Shown piece by piece: positions 61,065 through 64,000 of a DNA stretch of 64,000 nt. The position numbers were made by a program, and so were the translations under genes. Below the pieces are notes generated by a model. It saw nothing but the letters and a program-made list of their open reading frames with translations. It did no database searches and was not told the origin of the DNA. The DNA is from Actinomycetota bacterium (lineage in GTDB: Bacteria; Actinomycetota; CADDZG01; WHSQ01), in contig JACCXF010000202.1 in NCBI GenBank assembly GCA_013697295.1, positions 4,027 through 68,026 on the forward strand, given 5' to 3'. Within the stretch, counting starts at the first letter, position 1. Each line of letters begins with the position of its first letter.

Positions 61065-62129
61065 TCACGCCAGCTCCAACTTGGCCAGGATGGCCTCGAC
61101 ATTCGCCTCGACGATCTGGGGCCGTGGTCCGTCGCCGATAGCCGAGTCCGGATCCTTCAGGCCGTGCCCCGTCAAGACGCAGACGACTACCGCTCCCGAT
61201 GGCACCGCCCCCGAGGCCTTGAGCTGCCGCAGGCCGGCGATCGACGCCGCCGAAGCGAGCTCGACGAAGAGGCCTTCGCGGGCCAGGGATCTGTACCCGA
61301 GGACGATCTCATCATCGGGTACGGAGCGGATCGCTCCCTCCGACTCCTCCGCTGCCTGCAGAGCGCCTTTCCACGAAGCTGGATTCCCGATCCGGATCGC
61401 CGTCGCGATCGTGTCGGGCTCATCCACAACCGCTCCCCTGACGATGGGACTCGCGCCCTCCGCCTGAAATCCATACATGATCGGTGTATCGCTTATCCAG
61501 TTCGCTCGTCGTGCTTCCGAGTAGCCCCTCCAGTAAGCGGTGATGTTCCCCGCGTTCCCGACGGGCATGACGTGAAGGTCCGGTGCGCGTCCCAACGCTT
61601 GAGCGATCTCGAATGCGGCGGTCTTCTGTCCCTCGATGCGAAAAGGGTTCACCGAGTTCACGAGGGTTACGGGATACCTGTCCGCCAACTCCCTGCTTAG
61701 TTCGAGCGCGCGGTCGAAATTCCCTTCGATCTCGAGCACGGTTGCACCATGCACGAGGGCTTGCGCCAACTTTCCCAAAGCCACGTTCCCGCGGGGGATG
61801 AGAACGCCACAGGTCAGGCCCCCGCGGGCCGCGTAGGCGGCGGCGGACGCGCTCGTGTTACCCGTCGACGCGCACAAGACTGCGTCCGACCCCTCCTCGA
61901 GCGCCTTGGAGATCGCGAGGGTCATACCCCGGTCCTTGAACGAGCCGGTTGGGTTCAGGCCCTCGTACTTGAGCCACACCTCGGCGTCGACCTCATTCGA
62001 GAGGCGCTCGGAGAAGATCAAGGGAGTGTCTCCCTCGTCGAGGGTCACCACCGGTGTGGCATCAGAGACCGGTAGGTGGTCGAAGTAGCGCCGGATGATC
62101 CCGCGCCGGCCGGCGATGTCGACGGCCAC
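61065..62129 (-). CDS. thrC: Threonine synthase
   Basis: NPTGSFKDRG, ASTGNT, PVGNAGN, TGHGLKD. Confidence 0.96.
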   Translation of the reverse strand: MAVDIAGRRGIIRRYFDHLPVSDATPVVTLDEGDTPLIFSERLSNEVDAEVWLKYEGLNPTGSFKDRGMTLAISKALEEGSDAVLCASTGNTSASAAAYAARGGLTCGVLIPRGNVALGKLAQALVHGATVLEIEGNFDRALELSRELADRYPVTLVNSVNPFRIEGQKTAAFEIAQALGRAPDLHVMPVGNAGNITAYWRGYSEARRANWISDTPIMYGFQAEGASPIVRGAVVDEPDTIATAIRIGNPASWKGALQAAEESEGAIRSVPDDEIVLGYRSLAREGLFVELASAASIAGLRQLKASGAVPSGAVVVCVLTGHGLKDPDSAIGDGPRPQIVEANVEAILAKLELA

Positions 62130-62130
62130 G

Positions 62131-63435
62131 TCAGGCCTCCGCCGTGCCGACGACTCGAAGACGCGAGTCGATGCTTCTGACGGAATCCAGCGTCTCGAGC
62201 TCCGCGAAGGTCTCGTCGTGCCGGCCCTCGGTGCCAACGTGTGTGATGAGCGCCAGCGTCGCTTCCTCGCCGATGCCCTCCTGTCTCACACTCGCGATCG
62301 ATATCTCGTGAGCGGCGAAGACTCCCGCTACGGCGGCGAGGACGCCGGGTTGGTCCAGCACCGACAGGACCACGTAGTACCGGACGTTCGCCTCGTGCGG
62401 CGGTCTCATCTGCGCCTTGTCGCGATAGCAGGTGCATCCCGTTGCTCGACCACCGGTAGCGACGTTGCGAGCGATCTCGACGATGTCGCCGACCACTGCG
62501 GATGCCGTGGGACCTCCACCCGCCCCGCGCCCAAGGAACATGAGCTCGCCGGCCTCCGCCCCAACCACGAAGACGGCGTTGAAAACGTCACGGACGGCCG
62601 CCAGTGGATGAAGTCGCGGCAGCATGGCCGGGTTAACCCTCGCCGAGACTTGGCCTTCGCTTTCTTCGGCTACGGCGAGCAACTTGATCTCGTAACCGAG
62701 CTCGTGCGCTGCCGCGACATCCTCCGGCGTGACCTTGGAGATGCCCTCACGCTCCACGTCGCTAGCGACCACCCGGGCGTTGAAGGCAAGCGAAGCGAGG
62801 ATCGCCAGCTTGGCTGCTGCGTCATGGCCCTCGATATCCGCCGATGGGTCGAGCTCCGGATAGCCGAGTCGTTCAGCCTCTCCGAGCGCGGCCTCGAACG
62901 TCTCGCCGGTCTCAGACATGCGCGTGAGGATGAAGTTCGTCGTGCCGTTGACGATCCCCATGACGCGGGTGACTCGGTCCCCCGCCAACGACTCCTTCAT
63001 GGGGCGGATGATGGGGATCCCGCCCGCGACCGAGCCCTCGAACAGCAGATCGACCCCCGCCTGTTCAGCAGCGCCCATCACCTTCTCCCCTAGCGTCGAG
63101 AGGAGTTCCTTGTTGGCGGTCACGATGTGCTTACCCGACCGCGCAGCTTCGATGATCAGGTCGCGCGCGGGCTCGACCCCCCCGATGGTCTCAACGATGA
63201 CGTCGATCGTCGGGTCCTTCACCACACTCCACGCGTCGGCGGTCCAAACTTCGTCGGGTAGCTGCACTGTCCGCGGTTTCGACAGGTCGCGTACGGCGAC
63301 CTTCGCCAGGTCGATCCGGACGCCAGCACGTTCCGACAAGGTCGCGGCCTGCTCGGTGAGCACGCGCGCGGTTGCACCGCCCACGATCCCGCAGCCGAGC
63401 AGCCCGACGCGGACGGCGTTGCGCCCGGTTGTCAT
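62131..63435 (-). CDS. hom: Homoserine dehydrogenase with ACT domain
   Basis: LLGCGIVG, TANK, SVAGGIP, NGTTN, GRGAG; C-terminal DQPGVL ACT domain. Confidence 0.96.
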   Translation of the reverse strand: MTTGRNAVRVGLLGCGIVGGATARVLTEQAATLSERAGVRIDLAKVAVRDLSKPRTVQLPDEVWTADAWSVVKDPTIDVIVETIGGVEPARDLIIEAARSGKHIVTANKELLSTLGEKVMGAAEQAGVDLLFEGSVAGGIPIIRPMKESLAGDRVTRVMGIVNGTTNFILTRMSETGETFEAALGEAERLGYPELDPSADIEGHDAAAKLAILASLAFNARVVASDVEREGISKVTPEDVAAAHELGYEIKLLAVAEESEGQVSARVNPAMLPRLHPLAAVRDVFNAVFVVGAEAGELMFLGRGAGGGPTASAVVGDIVEIARNVATGGRATGCTCYRDKAQMRPPHEANVRYYVVLSVLDQPGVLAAVAGVFAAHEISIASVRQEGIGEEATLALITHVGTEGRHDETFAELETLDSVRSIDSRLRVVGTAEA

Positions 63436-64000
63436 GGAAGCCGCTCTAAACGCCCGGTGAAGATGAGCGTCACGCGGCCTCCGACCTGCACACGACCCTC
63501 GTCAGCTTTCAGGTAGATATGCGATGGCCTGCCCATCTCCACTCCCTGCATCATCTCGATCTCGATCTTGCCGAGCCGGTCCGCGAGGTAGACGCCGAGG
63601 GCGGCGGCGCCGGCTCCAGTAGCCGGATCTTCCGGTATCCCGAGTCCGGGGAAGAATCCCCGTGACCGCGCCCGGCCGGATCCTGCGGCGGTGAAGCAGT
63701 AGCCTCCTACCGTGCTGATCTCATCGAGCAGATGCCAGCGCGGCCGGCAGCGTTCGAGCACCTCGATGCTTCGCACGGGGATCAGAAGGGCCCGCATCCC
63801 CGCGTCCGCGAAGGCCGGCCGCAGGCGGCCGTTCATGCCGAGCTCTGTGGCTTCGAGCCCGATCTCGCCCGACTGCAGCCCGAATGCACGCTCGAGACGT
63901 TCGGGGGCGCGAATATCCAGATCTTCGAGGTCCGCTTCGGTGTCACCGTCCCGTTCTAGCCACAACAGATCGTCCATCACCGTGACCGTCGTGGACCCCG
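63432..64000 (-). CDS. PhzF-family isomerase/epimerase (5' end outside the window)
   Basis: EDPATG, QGVEMGRPS, VGG motifs. Confidence 0.85.
   Translation of the reverse strand, partial: GSTTVTVMDDLLWLERDGDTEADLEDLDIRAPERLERAFGLQSGEIGLEATELGMNGRLRPAFADAGMRALLIPVRSIEVLERCRPRWHLLDEISTVGGYCFTAAGSGRARSRGFFPGLGIPEDPATGAGAAALGVYLADRLGKIEIEMMQGVEMGRPSHIYLKADEGRVQVGGRVTLIFTGRLERLP

Overview
A GC-rich, almost entirely core-genome window from a deep-branching Actinomycetota-like bacterium (inferred from gene order, frequent leaderless starts, DUF5319, a mycothiol-type MDMPI enzyme and Asp-type MurA). Most genes lie on the minus strand. Left part: hutI (runs off the edge), MBL hydrolase, dodecin, REC-HD-GYP, gdhA, patatin, a Lys/Ala-rich protein, a Zn-ribbon protein, an orphan ParA, DUF5319, prepilin peptidase, folP, a PASTA kinase, a rhomboid and an SDR/MaoC operon. 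Middle: ligA-mnmA-iscS-etfAB-ech, an isobutyryl-CoA-type mutase with meaB, SpoIID/LytB, murA and a protamine/Hc2-like protein. Right: the conserved hom-thrC-thrB...rho-rpmE-prfA-prmC-tsaC-rpiB-glyA-wecA-atp block. I saw no tRNA, rRNA, CRISPR array or transposase. Best leads: (1) an unannotated ~230-nt structured RNA at ~18.8-19.03 kb whose 5' part is a 17-nt complement of the 16S rRNA 3' end, followed by a 14-codon ORF; (2) an archaeal-type cyclic 2,3-diphosphoglycerate pathway (cpgS-pgk2) placed ahead of tal-rho; (3) two sigma28/WhiG-like promoters driving pilD and a FlgM-like mini-protein; (4) a ParA/Zn-ribbon/H1-like/patatin run that could position a storage granule; (5) an unannotated TM peptide coupled to rpmE, non-canonical CTG/ATC starts, a Rex operator and a dispersed REP-like hairpin. 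All calls come from motif recognition by eye; no database searches were run.
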